Source of the DNA: a virus | Taxonomy: Duplodnaviria; Caudoviricetes | Direction: 5' to 3' (one strand) | Length of the DNA: 64,000 nt | Virus record (IMG/VR): IMGVR_UViG_3300035208_001463 | Location: 1 to 64,000 of that record | Shown: in pieces, positions 11,079-22,496 of the stretch | Numbering within the stretch: position 1 is the stretch's first letter | How the letters are laid out: each line of letters begins with the position of its first letter | Notes under the pieces: generated by a model | Told to the model about the DNA's origin: nothing | The model's input: the letters and a program-made list of their open reading frames with translations, nothing else | The model's database searches: none | Made by a program: the position numbers and the translations under genes

Positions 11079-12047
11079 ATGGCACAACTACCAATTCAAC
11101 ACACACCAACAATAGAATTATTATATAAAGGTTACGCTGATCGTGCAAAAGACTTCCGTCGCGCGCATTTTGGGGCTAGCGTCGTGGGTAAGGAGTGCCC
11201 GCGCGCCCTCTGGTATGATTTCCGATGGTGTAGTGACCCTCGTTTTGAATCAAGAATTTTGAGGCTGTTTGAGTCCGGTTACAAGGAGGAAGATCGTATT
11301 ATTGAAAACCTTCGCTCCGTGGGCATCACAATTTATAGTCGTGATCCAGACAGCGGAGAACAGTTGCATTTCAAGGAAGAAGAATTCGGCCATTTTTCTG
11401 GATCTGTGGACGGTATTGGGGTGGGTTTCCCAGAGGCTCCCAAGACCTTTCACATTTTAGAATGTAAAACTTCGTCGAAGAAGTTGTATGACAAACTTGT
11501 AAAAGAAGGAGTAGAGAAAGCGAAATACCAACACTACTGCCAGATGCAAGTGTACATGAAATGGGCGAAGTTAGATCGTGCTTTTTATATTGTTTGTTGT
11601 AAAGACGACGACAGACTATATGGTGAGCGTGTGTACTATTGTAAGGAAGTGGCAGACAGATTGGTAGAAAAAGCACGCCGTGTTATTTATAGTGATATAC
11701 CACTTGAGAGAATAGGAGAAAGCGAAACCGATTTCCGTTGCAAATTCTGTGACCACGCGGATTTGTGTTGGAATAAAAAACTACCACTGGTAAGTTGTAG
11801 AACATGCAGTTTTTCAACCCCCGAAGTTGATGGCACGTGGACATGTAAGCGAGAGAAGGTGTTGAGTGAGTTTGAACAGAAGAATGGTTGTTCGGGTCAT
11901 ATTTTTATTCCCGAATTAGTTCCATTATCTTTGGTTGGAGCAGACCCAGAAGCGGGGACTATAGAATATGAGGGGGAAATTATAAATGGTGTGGGGTTTA
12001 TTGAGAGTAAAGATCTGGAGAAGGAGATTATAAAAAGGAGTAACTAA
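11079..12047 (+). CDS. Cas4-like/YqaJ-type PD-(D/E)XK exonuclease
   Basis: GAS.VG.ECPRALWY, GSVDG, LECKT, HYCQMQVYM, CKFC, CRTC. Confidence 0.88.
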   Translation: MAQLPIQHTPTIELLYKGYADRAKDFRRAHFGASVVGKECPRALWYDFRWCSDPRFESRILRLFESGYKEEDRIIENLRSVGITIYSRDPDSGEQLHFKEEEFGHFSGSVDGIGVGFPEAPKTFHILECKTSSKKLYDKLVKEGVEKAKYQHYCQMQVYMKWAKLDRAFYIVCCKDDDRLYGERVYYCKEVADRLVEKARRVIYSDIPLERIGESETDFRCKFCDHADLCWNKKLPLVSCRTCSFSTPEVDGTWTCKREKVLSEFEQKNGCSGHIFIPELVPLSLVGADPEAGTIEYEGEIINGVGFIESKDLEKEIIKRSN

Positions 12048-12230
12048 CCATGTGCATCAAAACAACCTCAATTAAATACCCAAACACTAATTGTTGTAAC
12101 AACCCAACATGTGACGTTTCATTAACCCCACCGTTTCTTGAGAAGGCGCGGTGTTTTAATTGTGGGGAAGAGTGTTCTGGTTGTGGGAAGTTTAAGAAGT
12201 ATTAAATACTTACGCGTTCTATACATAGTT

Positions 12231-12542
12231 ATGACCGAACCAACTATAGATGAACTTATTAAAAAGTTTAATTTCATTTCAAACGCGCTTTCCGTTAGTG
12301 AATTTGAGTATCCCGCTTTAGAAATTAAAATGCGGATGAATTGGTCAGAGAAAGAAAGTATTTTCTATGCAAGTTTGAACCACGTTGAAGTAAAAGACGG
12401 TTGTATTTTAATTGCTGCATACGGAAACGGCGAAACACCAGAAGAAGCAATAAGAGATTATTATAAGAAGATTGTTGGTAAGAGGCTTGTTTATCGCGCG
12501 ATGAATAAGGAATATAGAAGGGAATGTGTGGTGGTGGGGTAG
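12231..12542 (+). CDS. hypothetical protein
   Basis: ATG just downstream of a TATA+ACGCGT promoter; YGNGETPEEAI motif. Confidence 0.6.
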   Translation: MTEPTIDELIKKFNFISNALSVSEFEYPALEIKMRMNWSEKESIFYASLNHVEVKDGCILIAAYGNGETPEEAIRDYYKKIVGKRLVYRAMNKEYRRECVVVG

Positions 12543-12965
12543 ATGAAACGCCCAAATAATAACATCGAACAGTTGCAACAGGTACAGAAATTCCGTGACG
12601 ACGCCGTAAAAGACGGTTGGTCTATAAAACCAACATATGATCATCACGAGTCTGTGGAATCGGCATCCAGTTTATCCAAAGATGGATTTTCGATGTTGAT
12701 TTTAACACGAACGCACGATTTAAATAAATATCCAAATGTGAAGAATCTTTACGAAGTGGAAATTTCTATATGGGGGTCAGATGGACTTGCTATAGAACCT
12801 CCACAAGAATATGATATGCAAAAGATTATTGAAGGCATGCGGTTCTGCAAGCATTGTGGAAAAACCGATGTTGAAACCGTTCGATATTCATTTGCTGGAA
12901 GATGTTGTAAAGATTGTTTACCTGCATTAAGAGAGAAGCACGAACAACCGGGATGGTGTGATTGA
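12543..12965 (+). CDS. hypothetical protein with C-terminal Zn finger
   Basis: CKHC...CKDC. Confidence 0.6.
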   Translation: MKRPNNNIEQLQQVQKFRDDAVKDGWSIKPTYDHHESVESASSLSKDGFSMLILTRTHDLNKYPNVKNLYEVEISIWGSDGLAIEPPQEYDMQKIIEGMRFCKHCGKTDVETVRYSFAGRCCKDCLPALREKHEQPGWCD

Positions 12966-13910
12966 TGTCAATAACAACAGTTGAAAATTTAAAAATTAAC
13001 CATTTAATTGCGATTTTGGAAGCAATGGAAGGAACCAATATTCCATTTTTAACCGCAAAGAAAATGAGCGAAATATATTCGGAGTTGAAGGAATTTATTG
13101 AAAGGGAGGATGTGGTTGGTTAATATGTCAGATTGGGCGCGCAGGCAATTGTATATAAAGAACCCCGCAGTGGTCAACAAAAAGAAAGATGTGGTTATTG
13201 ATCCACAAACTGGCAAAGAAGAATGGGAAAACGAATACGATAAAGAAGAAATGTATGAGAATCCATTTTCATAGGAGTAAATTATGACAGAAGATGAATT
13301 TCGTTTTAAAGAAGATGTGAATATGAACGATCTTGCAAAGACTATTGGTGAGTCGCTTGCAACAACACTGGGTACAGACCCGAAAAAAGTAAAATGCAAA
13401 GGCATTCGTATATTTTATACTGATGAAAATGATATATTAATGTCATCAGGATTGTTTGTTAAAGGGTTTTCTCCGGAAGATTGGGATGATGAATAATGTC
13501 ATACCACTTCAAAATTACAATCGAAGGCGATTCCGAAGATAAAGAAAGTATAAACGGATTGTGTGAAAATTTAAAATCGGAAGTATGGCACGAGAATTCT
13601 ATCATACACGAACCAGAAATAACTTCCACAAAAACACACTGTTATCGTTGTGGTGAACATTGTGAATGGGATGGGCCTGCGAAAATATATCCCAAGATAT
13701 TAGACTTTCACGGGCACCCAGCGTGTCCTGTGGATTCGCCAATGCCAAAAGAGTTTAGGGAGGATGGGCCGTGACCGTTGATAGCGAAGATTGTGGTTAC
13801 AATCGTTGTGGATATTGTAGTAATACCGATTGTGATTATTATTTTGTAAAGTGTCCGTTTAAAACATTGGGTGAGTGTCCGGTGCATAATGAAAATATAG
13901 GTGACAACGA

Positions 13911-14300
13911 ATGAACGAAGTCAAACTGGATAATATCTTCCCTCCAAGCGGTATTAGTAACAAAGATTGGTGTGCGTGTATTACTAATAAGATTGGTATG
14001 TTCACACTCGAATATTATAAAGATAAATTAGATCCGACGATTTCTTATTCTAATGGGGGGCATATAAATATTTATTGGAATCCTCGTAAAAATTCTTGTG
14101 TTGGAACATGTAGGAGAATCCCACGTATTATAGCGTATAATGAATCAAAAATAAATGATATGAATAAAGCAAATGTTCTTCATGTTGTAGTTCATGAATG
14201 TGCGCATCTTATTTATGATGGTCATGGAAAAGAATTCTCAAATATTGAGGACTTTATTTTTGATAAATGTATTGAGAATTTAGAAAAGAATAAATTTTAA
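13911..14300 (+). CDS. SprT-like zinc metalloprotease domain protein
   Basis: HECAH...GHGKEF; paralogue of 25094..25498. Confidence 0.75.
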   Translation: MNEVKLDNIFPPSGISNKDWCACITNKIGMFTLEYYKDKLDPTISYSNGGHINIYWNPRKNSCVGTCRRIPRIIAYNESKINDMNKANVLHVVVHECAHLIYDGHGKEFSNIEDFIFDKCIENLEKNKF

Positions 14301-14345
14301 TGATAAACCAACACCCTTAAATAGAACTAACGCGTATAAATTATC

Positions 14346-14723
14346 ATGAAGTTTGTTGCAAGAGATATTGGTGTTGATTCTGGAACAATCCTTTTATCGG
14401 ATATTGATTTTTATGGAAAGGATCATCAACCCATTGAGAAAAGGTTTCAGAAGGTATTCAAAGTAGATCCGGGTCGTTATAAAGTATCGTGGAATATTGA
14501 TAATACATTCGATGGTAAAATTGAAGGTGAAGGTGTTATTAATATTACATCTGGGAAACTTGTGGTGAGCGACCCGTGTTATATTGTTGCTGAAGATAAA
14601 TGGGATGATCTTTTGGAAGCAACCAAGTATTTCGAAAACGCGCCCGATGGGACAATCGTGTTGAATCAGATGGGTGGGGATGGGATTTATGATGTTGAGA
14701 TGGTTCTTGAAAAGATATCATGA
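14346..14723 (+). CDS. hypothetical protein (DUF4241-like motifs)
   Basis: GVDSG, SGKLVVSDPCY, GGDGIY. Confidence 0.55.
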   Translation: MKFVARDIGVDSGTILLSDIDFYGKDHQPIEKRFQKVFKVDPGRYKVSWNIDNTFDGKIEGEGVINITSGKLVVSDPCYIVAEDKWDDLLEATKYFENAPDGTIVLNQMGGDGIYDVEMVLEKIS

Positions 14724-16366
14724 CCCTACAACTTCGTCCTTACCAATTGCAGGCCATTTCGGATTTGTTCGAGTATTGGGCAACAAATAAAGGTAGATCT
14801 CCACTGATCGTCTTGCCAACCGGCGCTGGGAAGAGCCTCGTTGTGGCATCATTTATCAAAACCGTTCTTGATGAATCACCATATGTTCATATAATGGTTC
14901 TCGCGCATGTAAGGGAATTGGTTCAACAGAACCACGACGAATTTGTAGCATTGTGCCCGGAAGTAAGTGCTGGTATATATTCCGCCGGGCTGAATTCGCG
15001 TGACGTAAAAAATTCCGTGATTTTTGCAGGTATTCAATCAATCTATAATAAGGTGTACAGCCTTCCTCATAAAATTGATATTGTCATAATTGACGAAGCA
15101 CATTCCATCTCCCCCAAAGAAACTACTCGTTATGGGAAGTTCATAAAAGATATGAAAGTGGCCAACCCCCACGTGGTGATCTGGGGCGCAACCGCAACAC
15201 CATTTAGAACGAGCGAGGGTTTACTGACGGCAGGAAAAGATCGTCTTTTCGATGGGATCGCTCATTGTACTGATTTGAAAGATTTGATTCGTGATGGGTA
15301 TCTTGTTCCAATCGTTTCAAAGTCCGGAGTAAAGAAAATCGATCTTACTAATGTGCATATTCAAGCCGGGGAGTACAATCAACGGGAATTAGCTCACGCA
15401 GCTGATGATAAAGAACTCGTTCGTCTCGCAGTTGAAGAATTTGTCGAATATGGGAAAACTCGCCGAGCGTGGATTGTTTACTGTTCGGGTGTTGCACACG
15501 CAGAGCACGTTGCACAAGAAATTAGAAAGCACGGTGTTGAATGCAAAGTTCTTACAGGAAATACCAAAACGGAAGAACGCGACAAGATTGTAAATGATTT
15601 TAAAAACGGGAAGTTGAAATGTATTTGCAACGTCGGAGTCCTGACCACCGGGTTCAATGCCCCCATTACAGATATGATCGTTCTCCTTTTTTCAACAATT
15701 AGCACGGGTAAGTATATCCAAGTCGTGGGTCGGGGTGCTAGGACGTATTCTGGAAATGGAGGCTCCCCGAAGACAGAGTGCCTTCTTCTCGATTACGGCG
15801 AAAATGTTTTGCGTCATGGCTTGTTGGATGAAATCGATGTTCAGCGCACAAAAGATGTATTTGGAAAAGAAAAATCTAAACCGCCAATGAAGGAATGTCC
15901 TACCTGCAAAGTCATTCTACATGCGCGCATAATGAAATGCCCAGCGTGTGGATATGAGTTTCCTTTACCAGATGCGGAAGCAAAACACGGAACGGAAGCG
16001 TACAGTGGGCCGGTGACTAGTGATCAAGTGCGTCCTTTTATTGTAGACGTAACCAGCACTTGGGTTTCAAAACATTCCAAACCCGGAAAAACCCCAAGTG
16101 TAAAAATGGAATTTATTGATAGAATGGATAGGGCTTATCCGATTTGGATCTGTTTGGATCACAAGGGGTATCCGGCAGAAAAGGCACGCGCGTTAGTCAA
16201 CCAGTTTGGTGGGAAATCAACTTCGGTAGAAGAAGCACTAAAAGAATATAAAAATTGGCGACAAGTAGAAAAGATAGAAGTGAGGCCCGATGGAAAATTT
16301 AGTCGTGTAACAGGGTTTGTCTTTAAAAAGAACCAGTCAACCCAGCAGAAGTTGATGGGGGAGTGA
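14720..16366 (+). CDS. SF2 DEAH helicase (RadD/YejH-like) with C-terminal Zn finger
   Basis: LRPYQ, PTGAGKS, DEAH, ATATPFR, LTTGFN, QVVGRGAR, CPTC..CPAC. Confidence 0.93.
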   Translation: MTLQLRPYQLQAISDLFEYWATNKGRSPLIVLPTGAGKSLVVASFIKTVLDESPYVHIMVLAHVRELVQQNHDEFVALCPEVSAGIYSAGLNSRDVKNSVIFAGIQSIYNKVYSLPHKIDIVIIDEAHSISPKETTRYGKFIKDMKVANPHVVIWGATATPFRTSEGLLTAGKDRLFDGIAHCTDLKDLIRDGYLVPIVSKSGVKKIDLTNVHIQAGEYNQRELAHAADDKELVRLAVEEFVEYGKTRRAWIVYCSGVAHAEHVAQEIRKHGVECKVLTGNTKTEERDKIVNDFKNGKLKCICNVGVLTTGFNAPITDMIVLLFSTISTGKYIQVVGRGARTYSGNGGSPKTECLLLDYGENVLRHGLLDEIDVQRTKDVFGKEKSKPPMKECPTCKVILHARIMKCPACGYEFPLPDAEAKHGTEAYSGPVTSDQVRPFIVDVTSTWVSKHSKPGKTPSVKMEFIDRMDRAYPIWICLDHKGYPAEKARALVNQFGGKSTSVEEALKEYKNWRQVEKIEVRPDGKFSRVTGFVFKKNQSTQQKLMGE

Positions 16367-16369
16367 GGA

Positions 16370-16729
16370 ATGAAAGACGAATATATAATATTATTTATAT
16401 TTAGTATTCTTTTAATATCATGTGGCATTTTATACATTAATTATGTAGATCGCGAAATTGAAAATAAATATGATAATAATATTGATTTCGGATATATGGA
16501 TCATTACGTAAAATTTCACATCTATCCAGAGAAGGAGGGAATAAGTGTTGCAGCGTGGGCAACAGATGATTTTCCTCCAACGAGCGGATACACAGACAAT
16601 AATTCCGAAATCGTATTCCCTATGATAAGCACCGCAGAGTATAATATACTTATAGATCAGAATAAGTGTAGTTATTATATTTATCCTGCTGAAGATTATT
16701 ATAATATTATTTGCGAAGGGGTAAAATGA
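16370..16729 (+). CDS. membrane-anchored hypothetical protein
   Basis: N-terminal TM helix. Confidence 0.55.
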   Translation: MKDEYIILFIFSILLISCGILYINYVDREIENKYDNNIDFGYMDHYVKFHIYPEKEGISVAAWATDDFPPTSGYTDNNSEIVFPMISTAEYNILIDQNKCSYYIYPAEDYYNIICEGVK

Positions 16730-17361
16730 TTATTCAAGGCGATTGTTTGGAGGTTATGAAAGATATTGAGGATAAATCCGTGGATTTGATTATAACAGAT
16801 ATACCTTATGGTGTAATCAATAGAAACTCCAACGGATTGAGAAGTTTAAATAAGGGTGTTGCCGACATTGTAGAGTTTTCTTTAAATTCGTTAATAAACG
16901 AATTTGTGAGATTGACTACAGGAAGTATTTACATATTTTGTAGTACTGAACAAGTATCTGATTTGCGGGGGCTAATGATATCGAAGGGATTATCAACGCG
17001 ACTTATGATATGGAATAAGACTAATCCGAGTCCGATGAACGGGCAATATATATGGTTATCAAGTGTGGAGTGTTGTGTATATGGAAAATTTAAGAATGCG
17101 ACATTCAACCAGCATTGTAAAGGATCTGTTTTAAATTTCCCGTGTGGTAGAAATAAATTACACCCTACAGAAAAACCATTAAAATTATTTGAATATTTAA
17201 TTGAGTCGTCTAGTAATAAAGGCGATGTTGTTTTAGATCCGTTCCTTGGTTCCGGCACAACAGCAGTTGCTTGTAAGAAATTAAAAAGACAATGTATCGG
17301 CATTGAAAAAGAAGAGAAGTATATTGAGATTTCAAAGAGGAGATTACAAAATGAATTATAA
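16726..17361 (+). CDS. beta-class N4/N6 DNA methyltransferase
   Basis: GDCLEVM, DLIITDIPY, HPTEKP, LDPFLGSGTT. Confidence 0.92.
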   Translation: MIIQGDCLEVMKDIEDKSVDLIITDIPYGVINRNSNGLRSLNKGVADIVEFSLNSLINEFVRLTTGSIYIFCSTEQVSDLRGLMISKGLSTRLMIWNKTNPSPMNGQYIWLSSVECCVYGKFKNATFNQHCKGSVLNFPCGRNKLHPTEKPLKLFEYLIESSSNKGDVVLDPFLGSGTTAVACKKLKRQCIGIEKEEKYIEISKRRLQNEL

Positions 17362-17711
17362 CTACACCCAAGAACAACACGATAAAATAATTGAACTGCT
17401 TTTGAAAATACAAATGAATATCAATAACACTGATATTATTGATGAATCGGTCAAAGACATTTATAAAATTCTTTATTCGGAAATAACAACCACACGAAAG
17501 GTTTATAATCCATTAACGAATAAATATTATAATATTAAATATTATGGAAAGATCGAGTAAGTATAAAGAACCCGGACAAATTAAGGGATTGTGGGGGAGG
17601 AAAGATGACACTCCGTGAAACATTTGATGGATTTACAATATTTGCGATATGGGGTATTGTTGCACTTTTAATTTGGTGGATTCCAAGAAAGTTGTGTGGG
17701 GTCGTATTAAT

Positions 17712-18095
17712 TTGAAAACAAAATCCCAATCCTCCGAGGCATCTCACCAATATGGATTTTTGATTTGGTTCCATCAAAAATTCCCGGGTGTATTGATTTA
17801 TCATTGCCCCAATGGAGAAAAGCGTTCTATAAAAACTGCCGTGCGTCTTAAGAAGATGGGCGTCGTGGCAGGGATACCAGACCTGTTTATACCAGCGTGG
17901 CGCGTTTTTATAGAACTTAAGCGCGAGAAAGGCGGAGTTGTTTCAGAGGAACAGAAGAAAATAATGGCGTATCTGACCCGTGTGGGATACACATGTATAA
18001 TTGGTTATGGAGCAACCGATGCCTCAATAAAAGTGTTGAAGTTTCTGGAAGAGAAGGAAAAAAATTCCCCTAATAAAAGTTGGATATATGAATGA
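17712..18095 (+). CDS. VRR-NUC domain nuclease
   Basis: HCPNGEKR, KKMGVVAGIPDL, FIELK, SEEQ; start uncertain (track start 17649). Confidence 0.85.
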   Translation: MKTKSQSSEASHQYGFLIWFHQKFPGVLIYHCPNGEKRSIKTAVRLKKMGVVAGIPDLFIPAWRVFIELKREKGGVVSEEQKKIMAYLTRVGYTCIIGYGATDASIKVLKFLEEKEKNSPNKSWIYE

Positions 18096-18114
18096 TTAAA
18101 AAAAGAAAAATTAA

Positions 18115-18594
18115 TTACTCCTCCTCCTCCTCCTCACACTCATCCTTGCGCGGTGGGGTGTATCTGTAAAGTTCTTTTGGTGTGGGTTCCGATATTCCTT
18201 TAACACTAATTTCAACATTATCCAAAAAGAACATGAAACACGCCAGCGTGAATGCAATTGAAGGCCCAACGGGTGGATACCACCCCCATGCTACAAAATT
18301 AGGTGTCGTACCCATACCCAATGCGAACCCGATTGTTGCAACAAATCCAATCAATGCTCCAAACCCGGTGAAAAATGGTTCTCCGGTGAATTCATGTGTA
18401 TGTTCCCTCGTCTTTCTCATCAATTCCTTCACATACCCCCTTGTCGCAGGTTTACAATCCGGGTTCTTCGATGTTGCTTTGAATCCTGCCATTTCTTCAG
18501 GAGTGAAATAAGCAACGTTTCCATACTTATCTTCAACTTTGATCATTTTTGCAAACTTTCCGTTTTTATCGCGTGGTTGTTTGTTTTTACTCAT
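18115..18594 (-). CDS. two-TM membrane protein with N-terminal RDKNGKF motif
   Basis: QPRDKNGKFAK, two hydrophobic helices, acidic tail. Confidence 0.6.
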   Translation of the reverse strand: MSKNKQPRDKNGKFAKMIKVEDKYGNVAYFTPEEMAGFKATSKNPDCKPATRGYVKELMRKTREHTHEFTGEPFFTGFGALIGFVATIGFALGMGTTPNFVAWGWYPPVGPSIAFTLACFMFFLDNVEISVKGISEPTPKELYRYTPPRKDECEEEEEE

Positions 18595-18777
18595 AATAAT
18601 CAATATACGTATTGGTAGTATAACATAATAAACCTTTCCATTCCCGCGCGTTTTAGTGTTTCTATTATCTTATTTATTATTTTACTCTCTACACTATACG
18701 AAAACTATTTAAACTAGAAGTGATAATCGTATATAGTCAATCGACTAACGATTGCACTTTTAAAGGAGAATTTAAAA

Positions 18778-18999
18778 ATGACTGAAGTTGTAGGTAAAGA
18801 AGTTATTACGCGTGAGAAGGGATACCTGTATTGCGTCACAGCAGAAGGAAATGTAGATCGTATTCCTGCAAAGTCAAACAAGACTGGAAGCCGTAAGACC
18901 GTGAGCACGCAGAAGGTTACTAAAGAGAAGGGTTATCTCTACTTTGTTGGTAAGGATGGTCGTGTTGCTCGGTCTCCTATGAAGAATGCAGCGCAGTAA
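18778..18999 (+). CDS. small basic protein with internal duplication
   Basis: REKGYLYCV...KEKGYLYFV; own TATA promoter, AAGGAG RBS and T-rich terminator. Confidence 0.75.
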   Translation: MTEVVGKEVITREKGYLYCVTAEGNVDRIPAKSNKTGSRKTVSTQKVTKEKGYLYFVGKDGRVARSPMKNAAQ

Positions 19000-20161
19000 T
19001 AAGAACAAAATCTATTTTTAATATTATTTTTTTAAGTTTTACTGGATACCGAAGGTTTTAAATAGATAGAACGCGTAGTAGTATTGTAGAAAGTTTTTGG
19101 AGTAGGTGAAGAAAGATGGATGACGACATGAATGATCACATGAGAAGTATGGAAGAGATGTTTGGTGTTTGCACCGAATGTGGATCTATATTATGTAATT
19201 GTGGAGTGTGCCACGTATGTGAAGACAGAAATCGTGATGGTGATGAATAATGTCATATTGCCCTATCATTAAAAAGGAATGTCCCGAAAGTCATGACGAA
19301 TGTGAGTTTTGGGAAGAGAAAGAAGAACACGAAAGATGTAAAGATGGTGGATGCGAAGGGTGGGGTTGGGATTGTGATATCTGCCCCAGAATGGTATATT
19401 GGGCAACCGGTGGTAAGTGTTCGTTAAAGAACAATAGGGGGAGACGATGATCCACTACAACCGCACCACCATCACGGAAGAACCAATATCAGATTTACCT
19501 AATAAATGTCGTGAATGTGGATGCAATTGTAGTAAAACGGAACGCGCGATTTGTCTTGCGGAGATGAATGGGTGATGATGGACTTATATTCAAAATCTCG
19601 GATTACCGAATCAGAAGCAAATACTCTGATTAAAGCAGTAGACATTGTTGTTGATGCTAATGGAGCAGCAAGGAAATGGACTGATACACAGATCGCAATG
19701 CGCAAATCATTTGAACACGCAGTAATTAAAGCGCATGTTATTGGGTATGGTGGTAAACCATGATAACAACATTCCACAAAAAACGTTGTGAAAATTGCAA
19801 AAATAATAATAAGGATGGTTGTCCGTTTTCCGAATATTGGAAAACGACGTGGCATTCGGATGTGCAGTATTTCATTAACAAAATGGGTTGTGCGTCGTTC
19901 AAGGAGAAGTGATTTAAATGGGTGTAATGCCATGTTACAGAGAAGGTTGCGAAAACATTATGTGCGACCGTTACAATTCAGAATTTGGTTATATTTGTAA
20001 CGAGTGTTTTGCCGAATTGGTAGAGTTTGCTAATATTAATAATGGTGGCGTCGTAACGGATGAGTTCATTGTTGGATTTATGACAACGAACAAGAAATCT
20101 TATAAACAGAAGAAAGTAGATGCAAGAGAATGTTTAGAAGAAATATTTCCGGGGTATTAAG

Positions 20162-20569
20162 ATGAAACAAAAAGAATACCTTATTGTAGAAAGCAGAACC
20201 GGACACTTCAATTTTCTTAATCCATCGGAAGAATCAGTTTCAACTCACATTGCGATAGTGAATCCCGATGGTTCGAAAAAGATGTATTGTAATATTAAAA
20301 CAGATCGGGAACTTGATAATTCCGATGATATTGTATATGAAATAGATGCATGGCTCAAGCGAATTTTATATGCTACAGACCAAGAGATGGCTAAAACCAT
20401 TCGTGATTATATTATATCTCACGAAGAGGATCTTTGGATCGGTGGTCTACAAAAGGAACGGAATGATTTAATGAAGAAGAGAGATGATTTGAATACAAGA
20501 CTTTCTGTTATTGATAAACATTTATCGGGTCTTGGTTATTTTGAAAACGGGGTGTGGGTGGAACCGTGA
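20162..20569 (+). CDS. hypothetical protein with C-terminal coiled coil
   Basis: 135 aa ORF within an operon of small ORFs. Confidence 0.55.
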   Translation: MKQKEYLIVESRTGHFNFLNPSEESVSTHIAIVNPDGSKKMYCNIKTDRELDNSDDIVYEIDAWLKRILYATDQEMAKTIRDYIISHEEDLWIGGLQKERNDLMKKRDDLNTRLSVIDKHLSGLGYFENGVWVEP

Positions 20570-20852
20570 GAGATTATAAAATTTATAATGTATCTGGCAA
20601 AGAACTTCGGTTTTTAGCAAGTGATACCACTTTAAAAGAGAGGAGTAATTGTTGTTGGGAAATAGTAAAAAGAAGTGATTATAATGAAAAAATAGAAAAG
20701 AATCAAATCGAAGAAGCAGATAATTGTATTGATTAATCCCCAAACATTCAACACCTACATTATCGTCTTTCCACCCAATAACTTTCATCATCAGAAACTT
20801 TTATATACGAGTATAGCATACTCTTTTACAATAATTTTTTAGGAGATCACCT

Positions 20853-21146
20853 ATGAACATTTATTTTGCCGGAACCATGCAATCCATTTTTATACAGCAA
20901 GACGCTGATCTTTTATCAGAGAATCACAAATTGAGAATATTTGATTTTTCAAAACACGCTGCATCATTTTCAAATATACATAATTTTCTATTAGGGTCTA
21001 TGTTAGAATGGAATAACATAAAAAAATCCGACGTGGTTATTTTGTGGTTTGCTGATTATCCTGCATTGCCATTTGTAATATTATCTAAATTATTTCGTAA
21101 ACCTATAATCACTCATGTTGGTGTGGGAAAGTGTCAACTCTTATGA
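20853..21146 (+). pseudogene. truncated GT4-like glycosyltransferase
   Basis: FIQQDADLL...SDVVILWFA...SKLFRKPIITHVG resembles a GT-B N-terminal domain; frame ends after 97 aa. Confidence 0.5.
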
Positions 21147-21535
21147 ACATGCCTGTTCCGGAAAGAGGTTTGATTTTAAATGTGGGTTGCAGACATTGTT
21201 TCTATCGTTTTGATATTATGGTAGGAGATTGGTTCTGGGTCATTAACACGATTACGAAAATATTGGGATTAAAACGAGTGCAGTGGTTGATTGGGTTGAA
21301 AAGAAGAATCTTTAAATATTAATATCACATACTAATATTATGACAAAAATTACAAGTGGTGATTTATCAAAATATATTTCCGAAAGATTAACCAATGTGT
21401 CTAAAAACAATATTAAATTTAGTTTATATCGTCCACGCAGACCATCTCATTTTCAGATCGAAATTGTGAAACGATATGAAGAGTTGTTGCTTAAAAAATT
21501 AAAAGAAGAATAACACTATTGCTATTTTAATATAC

Positions 21536-21560
21536 AACTATATGGAATTTCCATATAGTT
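21536..21560. terminator. 12-bp perfect inverted repeat between convergent units
   Basis: AACTATATGGAA-T-TTCCATATAGTT. Confidence 0.5.
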
Positions 21561-21804
21561 CAAAATTTTGTTTGTAAACGCGTATTTGTTGTATAGCATC
21601 ATATGGTTTATGGACATTTTCATAGACCAAACTACCATCCCGGTTTGTTACACAGTGTTGTGGTAATATTAAAGTGTTGTGCATTTGATGTATTTATACA
21701 ATATAAGTAATATCAAGTTTGTAAGATGTGTATACTCGTTGCAACAATAAGTATTATAACAATCCCTCCGATTATACCTATCAATGCTTCTTGTGTATTG
21801 AAAT

Positions 21805-22455
21805 TCATTGTTTATCTCCTTCGGGTGGGCTTTCAATCAACTTAATATCCGGTTTTCCCTTTTCGATCTGTTGTAACGATTGCTGTGCATATAACATCGA
21901 ATTTTTATTAGCGCATAGATCATCCAATCTTGGAGGAATATCGACCCCGTATTTTCTGAAGTCCAACGAATAAAACTTTTCATATGCCCCACGTGCTTCT
22001 TCAAATGTTCCAGCCATTACAAGCGCGCGGATTGAAGACTCACATACGTCACGAAGTATTTTCGCAGGAACTTCAAGATCTATATTTTGTTTAATATACT
22101 CTACTATTTCGTATTCAAATTGCGAAGTTACTGGAATACCATAAAAATTTGCACCCTCGCATCTCCCGTATTCATTTGATTTTCCACCAAGTTCTATAAC
22201 TTGTTCCACTCGTAATTTTTCACTATTTAAAATATTTTCTATTTCATGCATTCGTTGTTTGATTTCTTTTTGTTTTTGTTCTAATTGCTCCTTTTCTGAT
22301 ATAAGAACATCCCATCCTTTTTCTTTAAGCACTTTATCACGAGCAATTCCCCAAAAGTCTTTTATCTGACTAATAAAACGTTTGTTAATTGCTTTTAAAT
22401 CTTGTGTAAGTATTTTCTCAAATCCTTCGCGTTCTCGCTCGGTTAGTTTTGGCAT
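21805..22455 (-). CDS. hypothetical coiled-coil protein
   Basis: 216 aa ORF with GGAG RBS. Confidence 0.65.
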   Translation of the reverse strand: MPKLTEREREGFEKILTQDLKAINKRFISQIKDFWGIARDKVLKEKGWDVLISEKEQLEQKQKEIKQRMHEIENILNSEKLRVEQVIELGGKSNEYGRCEGANFYGIPVTSQFEYEIVEYIKQNIDLEVPAKILRDVCESSIRALVMAGTFEEARGAYEKFYSLDFRKYGVDIPPRLDDLCANKNSMLYAQQSLQQIEKGKPDIKLIESPPEGDKQ

Positions 22456-22496
22456 TTAATATATCTCCTATAATATTTATATTAATTTAATGTTGG

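Noticed and set aside
11079-12047. Cas4 as part of a CRISPR-Cas locus
   Set aside because: No other cas genes or repeat-spacer array seen; context is a recombination module
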